Source: Gammaproteobacteria bacterium
Lineage (GTDB): Bacteria; Pseudomonadota; Gammaproteobacteria; Eutrophobiales; Eutrophobiaceae
Direction: 5' to 3'
Length of the DNA: 64,000 nucleotides
Assembly (NCBI GenBank): GCA_016179185.1
Contig: JACORW010000101.1
Coordinates: 2,204 to 66,203 of the forward strand
Part shown: positions 27,064 to 36,224 of the stretch, piece by piece
Layout: each line of letters begins with the position of its first letter
Numbering within the stretch: position 1 is the stretch's first letter
Notes under the pieces: model-generated
What the model was told of the DNA's origin: nothing
Database searches by the model: none
Seen by the model: only the letters and a program-made list of their open reading frames with translations
Translations under genes and position numbers: made by a program

Positions 27064-27723
27064 TTAATTGCCGTCGTCGCCGGCCTTCGGTGGCACGGCC
27101 GGCGCAGGGTTCACCTCCACCGCCTTTGACTCCTTATTCTGTACCTCTTTCTGTGCCTCTTTGGGCGGTTCCTGCTGTTTGGGCAGGGGAGGCGCGGTCT
27201 TTTTGCCGGCGGCCGGGGACCCCTGAATGCGGAGTTCCAGAGTCCGGACTTCGCTGCCTTTTTCAAGCACCACGGCCTCCGGTTGGATCTCCGCCAGGGT
27301 CCAGCCATTCACGGCCTCACCCACCGCGATCTTGTGCACACCTTTGCCGCGAGCGGTCTCCAGTATGGCCAGGGGCCGTTCATTCGTGATCACGACCGCG
27401 GTAAGTATCATCTCCGCGGGATCCGTCGTTCCGGCGGATAGCTGCGCTGCTCCCGCTGTGGGAGCCGCAGTGGCGATCTGGGCTTTTCGGTCCGGCGAAA
27501 ACAGCGGACGTTCGGTAATCGCGGCATACTCCTGCACGGGCGGGAACGGACGCGCGTCCGGTACCGGTGCCGCCGGGGCCTCGGCGATCAACTTCGCGCC
27601 GCTGTCCGCCTTCACTTCCACCGGCCGCGCGCGGAGCTCGACGACCAGCACGCCGGCAAGCGCCAGCGTTCCCGCGGCCAGGATAAGTTGCAGGATTAAT
27701 TCCGCATTGCGCGTCAGCCGCAT
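27064..27723 (-). CDS. gspN: type II secretion protein GspC/GspN-like (XpsN-like)
   Basis: N-terminal TM anchor (ELILQLILAAGTLALAGVLVV), a periplasmic domain and a Pro/Lys-rich C-terminus. Its position between gspM and gspD matches the Xanthomonas xpsN arrangement. Sequence-level assignment is weak. Confidence 0.5.
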   Translation of the reverse strand: MRLTRNAELILQLILAAGTLALAGVLVVELRARPVEVKADSGAKLIAEAPAAPVPDARPFPPVQEYAAITERPLFSPDRKAQIATAAPTAGAAQLSAGTTDPAEMILTAVVITNERPLAILETARGKGVHKIAVGEAVNGWTLAEIQPEAVVLEKGSEVRTLELRIQGSPAAGKKTAPPLPKQQEPPKEAQKEVQNKESKAVEVNPAPAVPPKAGDDGN

Positions 27724-27726
27724 GAT

Positions 27727-28299
27727 TCACCTGCCGAGAAAACCGGTTGCCGTGAACTGCAGATCGAGATTTCCCGCCGTCGCCGGCGCGCGGCGTGATC
27801 CGCCGCCCTCCCGTGCCCGGACCAGAACGTTATCCAGCAACAACAACGGACGCCCCGATTCCACCGCATGCAGAATGTCCCGCAGCGCCTCCACGTCCAG
27901 ACTGACCTGCACTTGCAAGGACACCGGCGGTAGCGTTTCCCCTTTCTTCGCCGCCATCACGCGCGCGGTCTTCAGACTGCCGCGGTGACTTTCAATGACA
28001 CCTTCCAGGTGCCGCTGTAGTTCCGCCGCCGCCAGCGCGGGCGATTTGCCGCCAAGAAAGGCCGCATTGTCCGCCGGCTTGCCACGCAGCGCCGCGATCG
28101 CTGCCTGCAATTCCGGCACGCGGGCGCCGGCATGCGACATCTTGCCGTACTGGAACTCCAGGATTTCGACCCGTCCGCCGAAATGTTCACGCAGGGCAAG
28201 GGCCGGCGCAACGCAGACGCCATGGATCAGCGCGAGAATGACGACCGTGACACCGGCGCAGATGGCACCGTGCTGCCCGCGCGTGAGCGCCGGCATCAT
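27727..28299 (-). CDS. gspM: type II secretion system protein GspM
   Basis: About 190 aa, single N-terminal TM (AICAGVTVVILALIHGV). Start ATGATG overlaps the gspL stop (ATGA-type coupling). The long ORF-track extension to 28971 is an out-of-frame artifact overlapping gspL. Confidence 0.7.
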   Translation of the reverse strand: MMPALTRGQHGAICAGVTVVILALIHGVCVAPALALREHFGGRVEILEFQYGKMSHAGARVPELQAAIAALRGKPADNAAFLGGKSPALAAAELQRHLEGVIESHRGSLKTARVMAAKKGETLPPVSLQVQVSLDVEALRDILHAVESGRPLLLLDNVLVRAREGGGSRRAPATAGNLDLQFTATGFLGR

Positions 28300-29378
28300 C
28301 GGGAAGGACTCCCGGCGATCCGGGCCGAGACGTGGAACCGGTCCCGCTGCGTCGCGCTGCTGCGCGTGGTGGCGGACGCGAACTGCACGTCCCTGAAATG
28401 ACGCGAGCGATCCAGCAGTTCGATGATCGCGCCGGCGGCCTCCGATTCGCCCTGAAGCTCGATGCGATCGCCCCGGATACTCATCTGGCTGACCCAGGTG
28501 TTGTCCGGCAGCGCCACGGTAAGTTCTCTCAGAAGATCGATGACCGCCACGCGCGTCCCCAGCGTGGCGGCGAGAAACCGCGGGCGGGCCAGCAACAGAT
28601 TGTGTTCTTCCATAAGACTGCGCGCCTGCTCCGCCTGCGGTCGCAATGCGCCGATCCGGGTTTCCAGCTCGCGGACGCGCCAGGCCTGATGGGCCGGCGG
28701 GAGATACAGCGCGGCAAGCAGCGAGGCGAGCAGCAACCAGAAAAGCCGCCGCGTCCGGGCGGATACCATGGGCGCCGGCGCGGGGCGCCGCTCCATCGGC
28801 AGGAGATTCCACTCCACTGCGTCGTCCGGGACCGTAACCCGATCGGGCCGGAGTCCCCAGCGACTGATCCGGTCCTGCAGCGGCTCCAGGTAATCGCGGC
28901 GCGCCACCAGCAATTCCACGCGCAACCGATCCTGTTCCGGCTCGCGCGCGATGATGCGGCAGTCGAACCACACCTTCTCTTCGGTAAACGGCGTCTGCCG
29001 ATCCATGTCGAAGGCAATTACCTTCCTCAAATTTCCCTCCGCTGCCAGGGGCAGAACCAGCGGCTTGCAGAGCACGCGGCTTGAAGGGATACGGACGACG
29101 ACGTTTATGCCCTGTTCACCACGGGAATCGAGGAACGGTTGCAAATACTCTGAAACCTCGCCGCCTTCCCCCTGCCACGACAGAACCTCGCGCCGCACGC
29201 CGGTTTGACCGGCGACATGGGTGATGGAACCGGAATCCGGATCAATGTCGAGCAACAGGAGATCCGGCGGCTGTACCAGGCGGCGGCCCATCGCGGCCGG
29301 CATGAGGCACGCCATGCCGGTCAGCCACCAGCGATAGAACTCCCGCAACGCCGCCACAGGGTGCACTCCGGTCATCAC
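28296..29378 (-). CDS. gspL: type II secretion system protein GspL
   Basis: 360 aa with a cytoplasmic actin-like domain, a central TM (LFWLLLASLLAALYL) and a periplasmic domain. Translationally coupled to gspK and gspM. Confidence 0.75.
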   Translation of the reverse strand: MMTGVHPVAALREFYRWWLTGMACLMPAAMGRRLVQPPDLLLLDIDPDSGSITHVAGQTGVRREVLSWQGEGGEVSEYLQPFLDSRGEQGINVVVRIPSSRVLCKPLVLPLAAEGNLRKVIAFDMDRQTPFTEEKVWFDCRIIAREPEQDRLRVELLVARRDYLEPLQDRISRWGLRPDRVTVPDDAVEWNLLPMERRPAPAPMVSARTRRLFWLLLASLLAALYLPPAHQAWRVRELETRIGALRPQAEQARSLMEEHNLLLARPRFLAATLGTRVAVIDLLRELTVALPDNTWVSQMSIRGDRIELQGESEAAGAIIELLDRSRHFRDVQFASATTRSSATQRDRFHVSARIAGSPSR

Positions 29379-30304
29379 AGCCAGGGATCCGTATCGGCGG
29401 GCGCATCGAGGGTGTTCCCCTCACGCCAGGACAGCACCGAATACGGCTCGGGCCTGCCGGCCTCGATGCGCACAACCGCTTCCAGGACCACGCGGCTGCC
29501 GGCCGCCTGCCCTGCGCTCGTGATCGTGACAATTCGGCCTCTCGCCTGGGAAAGAAGCCGTTCATCCAGTTTGACCGGCAGGGCCGCGCCGCCCGGGTCC
29601 GGCGCGGAGCGCTGCGCAAGGTATTGCTCCGCCTGCTTCGGCGTGATCCCCGGGAGGGCAAGCAGGACATCGCTCACCGCGACTTCGGGATTGATCCCGG
29701 TCTGGCCCGAGTAGACCGTCACGGCACCGCGCAGCCGGTCATAGAGTTCCGCGTCCACCCCGTGCACCAGGCGCAATTCATCCTTCGCCGTGAACGGTCC
29801 GTTTCTGGGTGCATGGCCGGCACCGGCGGCGGCGTAATCCTCCCCTTCCGCCCCGAATTTCCGCTTGCTGTCGTCGGCATCCCGCCAGTCCAGGATGGAT
29901 TGCAGGACCGACACCGATTCATTGCCGTCACCCGTTGCTGACTGGAGCAGGTTGTACAGGAGACCAAGATCGGCGGCATTGAGATCGATTCTGCCCGCTT
30001 CATCCTGGAGACCGATGGCCACCATGCCGTTTTCAAACGCAACATCATGGATCTCGCCCGCGGCCGGCCAGGTGTCCGGCTGCTGCGGGCGCAACAGTTC
30101 GCGCACCGCCAGCCACACGCCCGATTCCGCCAGCGCCCTGGCCTGCGCCGAGGCGCGCAGCCGCGCGGTCAACTCGGCCTCGGTTCGGGCGGTCATGCTG
30201 TAACTGCCCGCGAGCAGCGTCATCAGCGCCAGCAGCCACAGGACGATGGCGAGGACCACACCGCGCTGGCGGCCCAGGGTAGTGATTCTTTCCGAGCCCC
30301 TCAT
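29375..30304 (-). CDS. gspK: type II secretion system minor pseudopilin GspK
   Basis: About 309 aa. N-terminal prepilin-like hydrophobic segment (QRGVVLAIVLWLLALMTLLAG) lacking the conserved Glu5, as is typical for GspK. Operon position. Confidence 0.8.
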   Translation of the reverse strand: MRGSERITTLGRQRGVVLAIVLWLLALMTLLAGSYSMTARTEAELTARLRASAQARALAESGVWLAVRELLRPQQPDTWPAAGEIHDVAFENGMVAIGLQDEAGRIDLNAADLGLLYNLLQSATGDGNESVSVLQSILDWRDADDSKRKFGAEGEDYAAAGAGHAPRNGPFTAKDELRLVHGVDAELYDRLRGAVTVYSGQTGINPEVAVSDVLLALPGITPKQAEQYLAQRSAPDPGGAALPVKLDERLLSQARGRIVTITSAGQAAGSRVVLEAVVRIEAGRPEPYSVLSWREGNTLDAPADTDPWL

Positions 30305-30996
30305 TCCTCTGCACCGTGTTTGGGAGTTCCGAGTTCAATGACAAAAGGCGCGCGGACGGGCTGGGTATCGGCACGCAGGGCGACGGTCACCTCCGGCCAG
30401 GGCGGCGCATCCCGATCACCGTCGAACAAAACCTGCACGAGCTTCGGCAGGCGGGATTCGTTGTTCCAGGCCGCGTGCCATTGCAGCGGATCCCCGCGCC
30501 GTTTTTTGCCGTAATAGCGGAACGACACCGGTCCGATGCCTTCGATGACCGGCAACATCTCCGCGGCCGGATCATTCATGCCCGCGTTGACCGGCATGTC
30601 CCGGACGGAGTGGAGCGGCTGGTAAGCAACCATCAGTGCGCCGCGCCCTTCCTCCGCCGCCAGCCAGCTCAGCGTCAACCGGTGCAATGCGCCGGCGGCG
30701 GTGTGGGCCGGCAGCGGCGCGACGAGCTGCAGGCGATTACTGGTCCCCTGGAACATCAGGCGCCGGTGGTCGCCGTCGGTGATGTGGATCGGCACCGCCT
30801 GCTCGATCTCGCGGCGCAGAAAATGCAGGCCGAGTCTGAGGGCCTCATTGCCGTCCGCGCGCGCCATCGCCGTCTCCCAGCTCCGGCTGGTCACGCGCAG
30901 GCTTCCCAATATCGTCCCCAGAATAAGCGCCAGAATGGTCAGTGCCACCAGCACTTCCACCAGCGTGAAACCCGCGCTCCGCTGCCTGAACATCAT
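30301..30996 (-). CDS. gspJ: type II secretion system minor pseudopilin GspJ
   Basis: Prepilin N-terminus GFTLVEVLVALTILALI. Size and operon position. Confidence 0.8.
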   Translation of the reverse strand: MMFRQRSAGFTLVEVLVALTILALILGTILGSLRVTSRSWETAMARADGNEALRLGLHFLRREIEQAVPIHITDGDHRRLMFQGTSNRLQLVAPLPAHTAAGALHRLTLSWLAAEEGRGALMVAYQPLHSVRDMPVNAGMNDPAAEMLPVIEGIGPVSFRYYGKKRRGDPLQWHAAWNNESRLPKLVQVLFDGDRDAPPWPEVTVALRADTQPVRAPFVIELGTPKHGAEE

Positions 30997-31385
30997 TCCG
31001 CTCCAGGCCCGCCGCTTTCCGGTTTCAGGGTGGACAACCTGAACGATCGCGCTTTGCCCCGATCTTCCCAGCGCACCTCCACGTCCACGCGCCGGAGCCG
31101 CAACAGCGAGTCCAGTTCCGCGGGGGCGCCGTCCTGATACGGGCCCGTCTCAATGGTCCACAGATAACGCTCCGCCGCGACCCCGGACGCCGCAATGCCC
31201 GGCGCATCCGCGGCACTCAGCTCTGTCATCCGCGATTCGGCTATCGCCACGGCCCGGGCGTAGTCCCCCGCCTGAACCACGGAGGCCGTGCCGCGGGCGT
31301 AAATCTGGAATATGACGCCCAGCGCCAGCGCGGCGATGGAAAACGCGACCAGCGTTTCGAGCAGGGAGAAGCCGGCAGCGCGCAT
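30993..31385 (-). CDS. gspI: type II secretion system minor pseudopilin GspI
   Basis: Prepilin N-terminus GFSLLETLVAFSIAALALG. About 130 aa. Confidence 0.8.
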   Translation of the reverse strand: MRAAGFSLLETLVAFSIAALALGVIFQIYARGTASVVQAGDYARAVAIAESRMTELSAADAPGIAASGVAAERYLWTIETGPYQDGAPAELDSLLRLRRVDVEVRWEDRGKARSFRLSTLKPESGGPGAE

Positions 31386-31390
31386 GGAGA

Positions 31391-31867
31391 TCAGCGCGCC
31401 ACCGCAACGCCTCCGGTGATCCAGTTCACGTCAATCCGGTAGCTGCGGGCGGCATGTTCCAGCAGCACGCGCCCGCCGGTGGAGCTGCCGTCAGGGAAAA
31501 ACCGGATCCCGCCGGCGGATGCCGAGTTCCGCTCGGCGTCCGCCGTGGTCAGGGTAATGACGGCGTCCTTGGGCAGGGTCAGATCCCTGGTACGCTCATT
31601 GAGCGAAATGCGCTTCGCGTCCACGTCCACGCCGAGGACGGTTTCGCGGCCTGAAGAAACCGCCGTGTTGCGCGCCAGCCGCAACGCCGCGGCGACCTCG
31701 CGGGCGGCGCTGCTTACCTGCAACTTGTCCAGCGCCGGGGCGAAGACCGGCGGCACGACGGCCGCGGCCAGCGCCAGGATCGCCATGACGACCAGCAACT
31801 CGAGCAGCGAAAATCCCGGCGCGTGGCGGAACACGCTGCGCGGCGATTGCGCAATGTCCCTCGTCAC
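31391..31867 (-). CDS. gspH: type II secretion system minor pseudopilin GspH
   Basis: Prepilin N-terminus GFSLLELLVVMAILALAAA. About 158 aa. Confidence 0.8.
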   Translation of the reverse strand: MTRDIAQSPRSVFRHAPGFSLLELLVVMAILALAAAVVPPVFAPALDKLQVSSAAREVAAALRLARNTAVSSGRETVLGVDVDAKRISLNERTRDLTLPKDAVITLTTADAERNSASAGGIRFFPDGSSTGGRVLLEHAARSYRIDVNWITGGVAVAR

Positions 31868-32280
31868 TCCCAGCTCCGGATATCCTTTGCATCCCCCTCG
31901 CCGCCGGGTGCGCCGTCCGCGCCGAGGGAGACGAGTTCAAAGGCGGCCTGCTCTCCCGGATAACGATATTGGTACTCCCGGCCCCAGGGATCCTTCGGTA
32001 TGACGGATTTCTTCAGATACGGGCCATCCCAGGCGGGCATGCCGGCAGGCGGCTGAACCAGCGCGGCCAGGCCCTCGCCGGCGCTGGGATAGCGGCCGTT
32101 GTCCAGATAAAAGAGATCCAGCGCAGCGCCCAGGTCTTCTATCTGCAACCGGGCGGTGTCGGATTTCGCGCCGCCCAGGTGCTTCATCACCTGCGGCCCG
32201 ACCAAACCCACCAGCAGCCCGAGAATGGCAAGCACCACCAGCAATTCCACCAACGTAAATCCTCGAACCGGGTCACTCAT
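31864..32280 (-). CDS. gspG: type II secretion system major pseudopilin GspG
   Basis: GFTLVELLVVLAILGLLVGLVGPQVM prepilin N-terminus and the conserved LDLFYLDNGRYPS...GL.ALV core of GspG. 138 aa. Confidence 0.9.
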   Translation of the reverse strand: MSDPVRGFTLVELLVVLAILGLLVGLVGPQVMKHLGGAKSDTARLQIEDLGAALDLFYLDNGRYPSAGEGLAALVQPPAGMPAWDGPYLKKSVIPKDPWGREYQYRYPGEQAAFELVSLGADGAPGGEGDAKDIRSWE

Positions 32281-32365
32281 TGGAATTCGTTTTCCAGCTC
32301 ATTCGGCGTCTTAAATCGAGAATAGCTTGAAGCCCCGGTGAAGTCACCCGCACCCCCGCCGGATT

Positions 32366-32406
32366 GGGGTCAGACCCCGGGGTCAGACCCCGGGGTCTGA
32401 CCCCGG
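32366..32406. repeat. three tandem half-sites of the family-2 palindrome (GGGGTCAGACCCC x2, then GGGGTCTGACCCC) in the gspG upstream region
   Basis: ggggtcagaccccggggtcagaccccggggtctgaccccgg. Confidence 0.85.
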
Positions 32407-32450
32407 TTAACCGCGGTCAACCGATTAACGCGGTTAACGATTCGTTAACG
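32403..32450. promoter_or_regulatory. candidate operator: inverted repeat GTTAACCGCG-N13-CGCGGTTAAC plus a third GTTAAC, in the divergent promoter region between gspG and the 32537 gene
   Basis: ggttaaccgcggtcaaccgattaacgcggttaacgattcgttaacg. Dyad symmetry lies 120-170 bp upstream of the gspG start codon. Confidence 0.35.
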
Positions 32451-32536
32451 CCATCCTAACCGTGTCTTAATCTACACAGGCGCAGACTCTTTCCCGACAA
32501 GCCGTACATCGGACCTCAACAACAGGAGCAGATCCT

Positions 32537-33271
32537 ATGAATCGCCAATTCACCTGTTTCGCGCTGTTCCTTGCCCTGGCAATTTCAGGCACTGCAATGG
32601 CCGGAACCAAAAAATTCACGAAGAAATTTCCGCTGGGCGACTGTGTGTTTGTCACGGAAGGCCAGAACCCCTATTTCAAATTGCAGATCGGCCGGGAATT
32701 GCACCTGGACAATGCCGCCTGCGTGGACGCGGGTAACTGCGATGAGCTGGAGGAAGTGATCATCACCGTGCTCGACGAGACCCGGGTTGTGACATTCGAA
32801 ATTGACGGCGTGATGACCCCCGTCACGACACGGGTGGTGGAAGAGAACGAGAGCGTGGACGGCCAGCTCGCGGAGGTGTCCCGGAATTTCTTTGCCGAAT
32901 GCCAGGCCACGCGCGACGTTTACTACTTCGGCGAGGAGGTGGATGACTACGAGAACGGCCAGATCGTCAGTCATGAAGGGGAATGGGAGGCCGGCGTCGA
33001 AGACGCCACGCCCGGCCTCTTCATACCGGGCGGCGCGTTCCTGCTGGGGTCGAGGTATTACCAGGAGTTCGCCCCGGGTATCGCCAAGGACAGGGCCGAG
33101 CACGTGAAGGCCGGGCTGACCATGGACGTCCCGGCGGGAACCTTCGAGGACTGTGTCAAGATCAAGGAGACCACGCCGCTCGAAGAGGGCGAAGTGGACT
33201 TCAAGTTCTATTGCCCCGGCGTCGGCATAGTCATTGACGAAGATCTGGAGCTGACCCAGATCGTCGAATAG
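32537..33271 (+). CDS. secreted hypothetical protein (divergent from the T2SS operon)
   Basis: Signal peptide MNRQFTCFALFLALAISGTAMA, with AGGAG RBS 8 nt upstream. Acidic, six Cys. No recognisable family. Confidence 0.6.
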   Translation: MNRQFTCFALFLALAISGTAMAGTKKFTKKFPLGDCVFVTEGQNPYFKLQIGRELHLDNAACVDAGNCDELEEVIITVLDETRVVTFEIDGVMTPVTTRVVEENESVDGQLAEVSRNFFAECQATRDVYYFGEEVDDYENGQIVSHEGEWEAGVEDATPGLFIPGGAFLLGSRYYQEFAPGIAKDRAEHVKAGLTMDVPAGTFEDCVKIKETTPLEEGEVDFKFYCPGVGIVIDEDLELTQIVE

Positions 33272-33279
33272 ACTCCCAT

Positions 33280-33535
33280 ATGTGGGGCCGGCCGCTCCGG
33301 ACATCCTGTCCTCGCGCGGCATTCCCCACATCCTGTGGGTCGCCGCTTTGGACAACCCGTCACGCGGCATTCCCCACATCCCTGTGGGTTGCTTCATCCC
33401 GGCCGGGATGCGAGGCACGGATAACCCCGGCCCCACAGGATTCTTTCTCAACCCGTGAGGCCGGGTTCGCCCCGGCTGCGTTTGTGGGGCCCGGTTCACC
33501 CCGGCCGGCATTCTTTGTGAACCCGCTGCCGGAAA
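33280..33535. repeat. REP family 1 cluster (degenerate copies)
   Basis: gtggggccggccgctccgg, ccccacatcctgtggg, ccggccccacaggattc, gtggggcccggttcaccccggccgg. Confidence 0.75.
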
Positions 33536-33572
33536 ACAGGCCATTCAACCGCCTGTTATAGAATGGACGCCG

Positions 33573-34952
33573 ATGCTTGCCAGCGTCCACACCCTGCTGC
33601 AATCGGGATCCGCCCGCGACGCCGTCACGGTGGCCGGCTGGGTGCGCACGCGCCGTGACTCGAAGGATTTCTCGTTTATCGAACTGAATGACGGGACCTG
33701 CCTGACCAACCTGCAGATCCTGGTGGAACCAGGCTGCCCGGATTACGCAAATATCGGGAACATTCACACCGGCGCGGCAATCCGCGTGGACGGCGAGCTG
33801 GTGGCGTCGCCGGGCAAGGGCCAGCGCTGGGAGGTGCGCGCCCGCCGCGTGCACCTGGTGGGTCCGGCACCGGAGGATTTCCCGCTGCAGAAAAAGCGCC
33901 ACACCGATGAATACCTGCGCACTATTGCCCACTTGCGCCCGCGCACCAACAAGTATGGCGCCATGTTCCGCATCCGCGCGCGGCTTGCGCACGCGATTCA
34001 CGAGTTTTTTCATGCGCGCGGGTTTTACTGGATCCACACGCCCATCATCACCGGCGCCGACTGCGAGGGCGCCGGCGAGCTGTTCCGGGTCACGACGCTG
34101 GACCTGGCCAACGTTCCGAAGCTCAATGGCGCCGTGGACTTCGGCCAGGATTTCTTCGGCAAGGAGGCGAACCTGACCGTTTCCGGCCAGTTATCGGTGG
34201 AGACCTGCTGCCTCGCCCTGGGCAAGGTCTACACCTTCGGCCCGACGTTCCGCTCCGAAAATTCGAACACCAGCCGCCACATGGCCGAGTTCTGGATGAT
34301 CGAACCGGAGATGGCGTTTGCGGACCTTCGCGACGACATGGCGCTGGGCGAGGACCTGATCCGGTATCTGGTTCGCTTCGTGCAGCGGGAATGCGCCGAA
34401 GACCTTGATCTGTTCGCGAAATTCGTGGATCGGAACCTGCCGGCCACGCTGGAGAACATTGCCGGGCACGAGTTCATCCGCCTGCCGTACACCGAGGCCG
34501 TGGACATCCTGCAAAAGTCGGGCCGGAAGTTCGACTACGCCCCGGCGTGGGGCCGGGATCTCCAGTCCGAACACGAAAGATTTTTGACCGAGGATCACTT
34601 CAGGCAGCCGGTGATCGTCTACGATTATCCGCAGGGCCTGAAGGCGTTTTACATGCGCCAGAATGACGACGGAAGGACGGTGGCGGCGATGGACATCCTG
34701 GTGCCGTCCATCGGCGAGATAGTGGGAGGCAGCCAGCGGGAAGAACGCTACGACAACCTGCAGCGGCGCATCAGGGAACTCGGCTTCAACGAGGCGGATT
34801 ACTGGTGGTATCTGGACACGCGCAAATACGGTACCGTGCCGCATGCCGGTTTCGGCCTCGGATTCGAGCGCCTGTTGATGCTGGTCACGGGCGTCGGCAA
34901 CATCCGTGATGTGATACCGTTCCCGCGCACACCGAAGCATCTTGAGTTTTAG
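33573..34952 (+). CDS. asnS: asparagine--tRNA ligase
   Basis: Collinear similarity to class II AsnRS throughout ([83 protein letters not shown]). Confidence 0.95.
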   Translation: MLASVHTLLQSGSARDAVTVAGWVRTRRDSKDFSFIELNDGTCLTNLQILVEPGCPDYANIGNIHTGAAIRVDGELVASPGKGQRWEVRARRVHLVGPAPEDFPLQKKRHTDEYLRTIAHLRPRTNKYGAMFRIRARLAHAIHEFFHARGFYWIHTPIITGADCEGAGELFRVTTLDLANVPKLNGAVDFGQDFFGKEANLTVSGQLSVETCCLALGKVYTFGPTFRSENSNTSRHMAEFWMIEPEMAFADLRDDMALGEDLIRYLVRFVQRECAEDLDLFAKFVDRNLPATLENIAGHEFIRLPYTEAVDILQKSGRKFDYAPAWGRDLQSEHERFLTEDHFRQPVIVYDYPQGLKAFYMRQNDDGRTVAAMDILVPSIGEIVGGSQREERYDNLQRRIRELGFNEADYWWYLDTRKYGTVPHAGFGLGFERLLMLVTGVGNIRDVIPFPRTPKHLEF

Positions 34953-35105
34953 CAGGTTGATGCAAAACGTGATGAGCGCAGCCAGAACAAGGCGCGAGCC
35001 CCCGAAAAACCGGAGCGTACACGCCAGTACGTGAGGATTTTGAGGGGGCGAGCAACGCAGTCATGGCAAGCGCAATAGTTTTGCATCAACCTGTTAGTCC
35101 CGGGA
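34953..35105. other. long-range hairpin: 16-nt stem CAGGTTGATGCAAAAC ... GTTTTGCATCAACCTG enclosing an ~100-nt loop, between asnS and the GFA-family gene
   Basis: The same 16-mer recurs at 35624-35640 as the 5' arm of a compact terminator-like hairpin. Confidence 0.6.
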
Positions 35106-35115
35106 GGGGCACAAC

Positions 35116-35622
35116 ATGATTGAAGGCGGCTGCCACTGCGGTGCACTTCGTTACCGGATTGTTGACGACCTGATCGATGCCGGTTATTGCCACTGCGACA
35201 TCTGCCAGCAAACCACCGGCGCGCCGGTGCTGGCGTGGTCCCGCTTTCCGTTCGATTCGTTTTCCTACTCCGAGGGCCGCCCGGTGGTGTACGAATCGTC
35301 CGAGTGGGGGCAGCGGGAATTCTGCGGAACCTGCGGCGCGCAGATCTGTTATCGCGATAGTGAAGATCCGGAAACCGTCGAGGTGAATACGGCGACCCTG
35401 GATGAGCCGGAATCGTTCGAGCCCGAATACCACATCTTCACCGTGGACCAGTTGAGCTGGTTTGATATTGACGACGATCTGCCCCGCTACGAACGGGAAC
35501 GTCCGGATGACGAAGACGGCGATGACGATGAGGACGACGACGCGGACGACGAAGACGATGATCAGGACCCTGACGACTTCGACGACTATGACGATGACGA
35601 CGGCGACGGCGACGGACGTTAG
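35116..35622 (+). CDS. GFA-family (CENP-V/glutathione-dependent formaldehyde-activating enzyme-like) zinc protein with a ~50-aa poly-acidic C-terminal tail
   Basis: CHCGALRY...CHCDICQ...CGTCGA cysteine pattern of the GFA domain. The C-terminus is DDEDGDDDEDDDADDEDDDQDPDDFDDYDDDDGDGDGR. Confidence 0.7.
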   Translation: MIEGGCHCGALRYRIVDDLIDAGYCHCDICQQTTGAPVLAWSRFPFDSFSYSEGRPVVYESSEWGQREFCGTCGAQICYRDSEDPETVEVNTATLDEPESFEPEYHIFTVDQLSWFDIDDDLPRYERERPDDEDGDDDEDDDADDEDDDQDPDDFDDYDDDDGDGDGR

Positions 35623-35665
35623 CAGGTTGATGCAAAACCCGGTTTCGCATCAGCCTGTTAGCCGG
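35622..35665 (+). terminator. imperfect hairpin (CAGGTTGATGCAAAAC-ccg-GTTTCGCATCAGCCTG) following the GFA-family gene
   Basis: Inverted repeat read directly. No U-tract, so it may be structural rather than an intrinsic terminator. Confidence 0.35.
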
Positions 35666-35699
35666 ACAACTGCCGGGACGAACGCACTGGACTGAACGC

Positions 35700-36089
35700 A
35701 TGGGACGCAGCGAAGACATAGACCGGCATCTGAACGTGTTCGGCGAACCGCTGGCGCCGTGCAGCATGAAGCCGATGACCGGCTTCTACCGGGACGGCTG
35801 CTGCCGCAGCGGCGACGACGATCCCGGCCGCCACGTGGTGTGTGTCGAAGTGACGCGGGAATTTCTGCAATTTTCCCGGGCCAGGGGCAATGATCTGTCC
35901 ACGCCGGTCAAGGCCTATGGCTTCCCCGGGTTGCGCCCCGGCGATCGCTGGTGCCTGTGTGGCCTGCGCTGGAAGGAGGCCTTCGACGCCGGCAAGGCGC
36001 CGCGCGTGGTGCTGGCGGCGACGCACAATTCCATGCTGGAGATCGTTGATTTCTCCATCCTGAAGGGATTTGCAGTAGACATGAACTGA
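35700..36089 (+). CDS. DUF2237-family protein
   Basis: About 129 aa, with the conserved N-terminal NVFGEPLAPCS...GFYRDGCC core. Confidence 0.6.
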   Translation: MGRSEDIDRHLNVFGEPLAPCSMKPMTGFYRDGCCRSGDDDPGRHVVCVEVTREFLQFSRARGNDLSTPVKAYGFPGLRPGDRWCLCGLRWKEAFDAGKAPRVVLAATHNSMLEIVDFSILKGFAVDMN

Positions 36090-36099
36090 ATCGCCGGCC

Positions 36100-36200
36100 G
36101 ACGTCAGGCCGGGGGTAAACCCGGCCTCACCGGAGCGATCGAGATTCAGCCGTTCCCGTGGGGCCGGTCCTTGTGGGGCCGGCTTTCCGCCGGCCGATAC
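36100..36200. repeat. REP family 1 copies immediately upstream of the PLP-enzyme gene
   Basis: caggccgggggtaaacccggcctcacc ... cgtggggccggtccttgtggggccggctttccgccggcc. Confidence 0.8.
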
Positions 36201-36224
36201 AACGATCATCGGAGTTGGAATTAC

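Noticed and set aside
27727-28971. 414-aa ORF extending gspM upstream
   Set aside because: The N-terminal ~224 aa overlap gspL in another frame and are Arg/Gly/Ala-rich junk. The genuine gspM starts at the ATGATG at 28299, coupled to the gspL stop.
32585-33544. 319-aa minus-strand ORF
   Set aside because: Antisense to the well-supported signal-peptide protein at 32537-33271, and it extends into a REP cluster.
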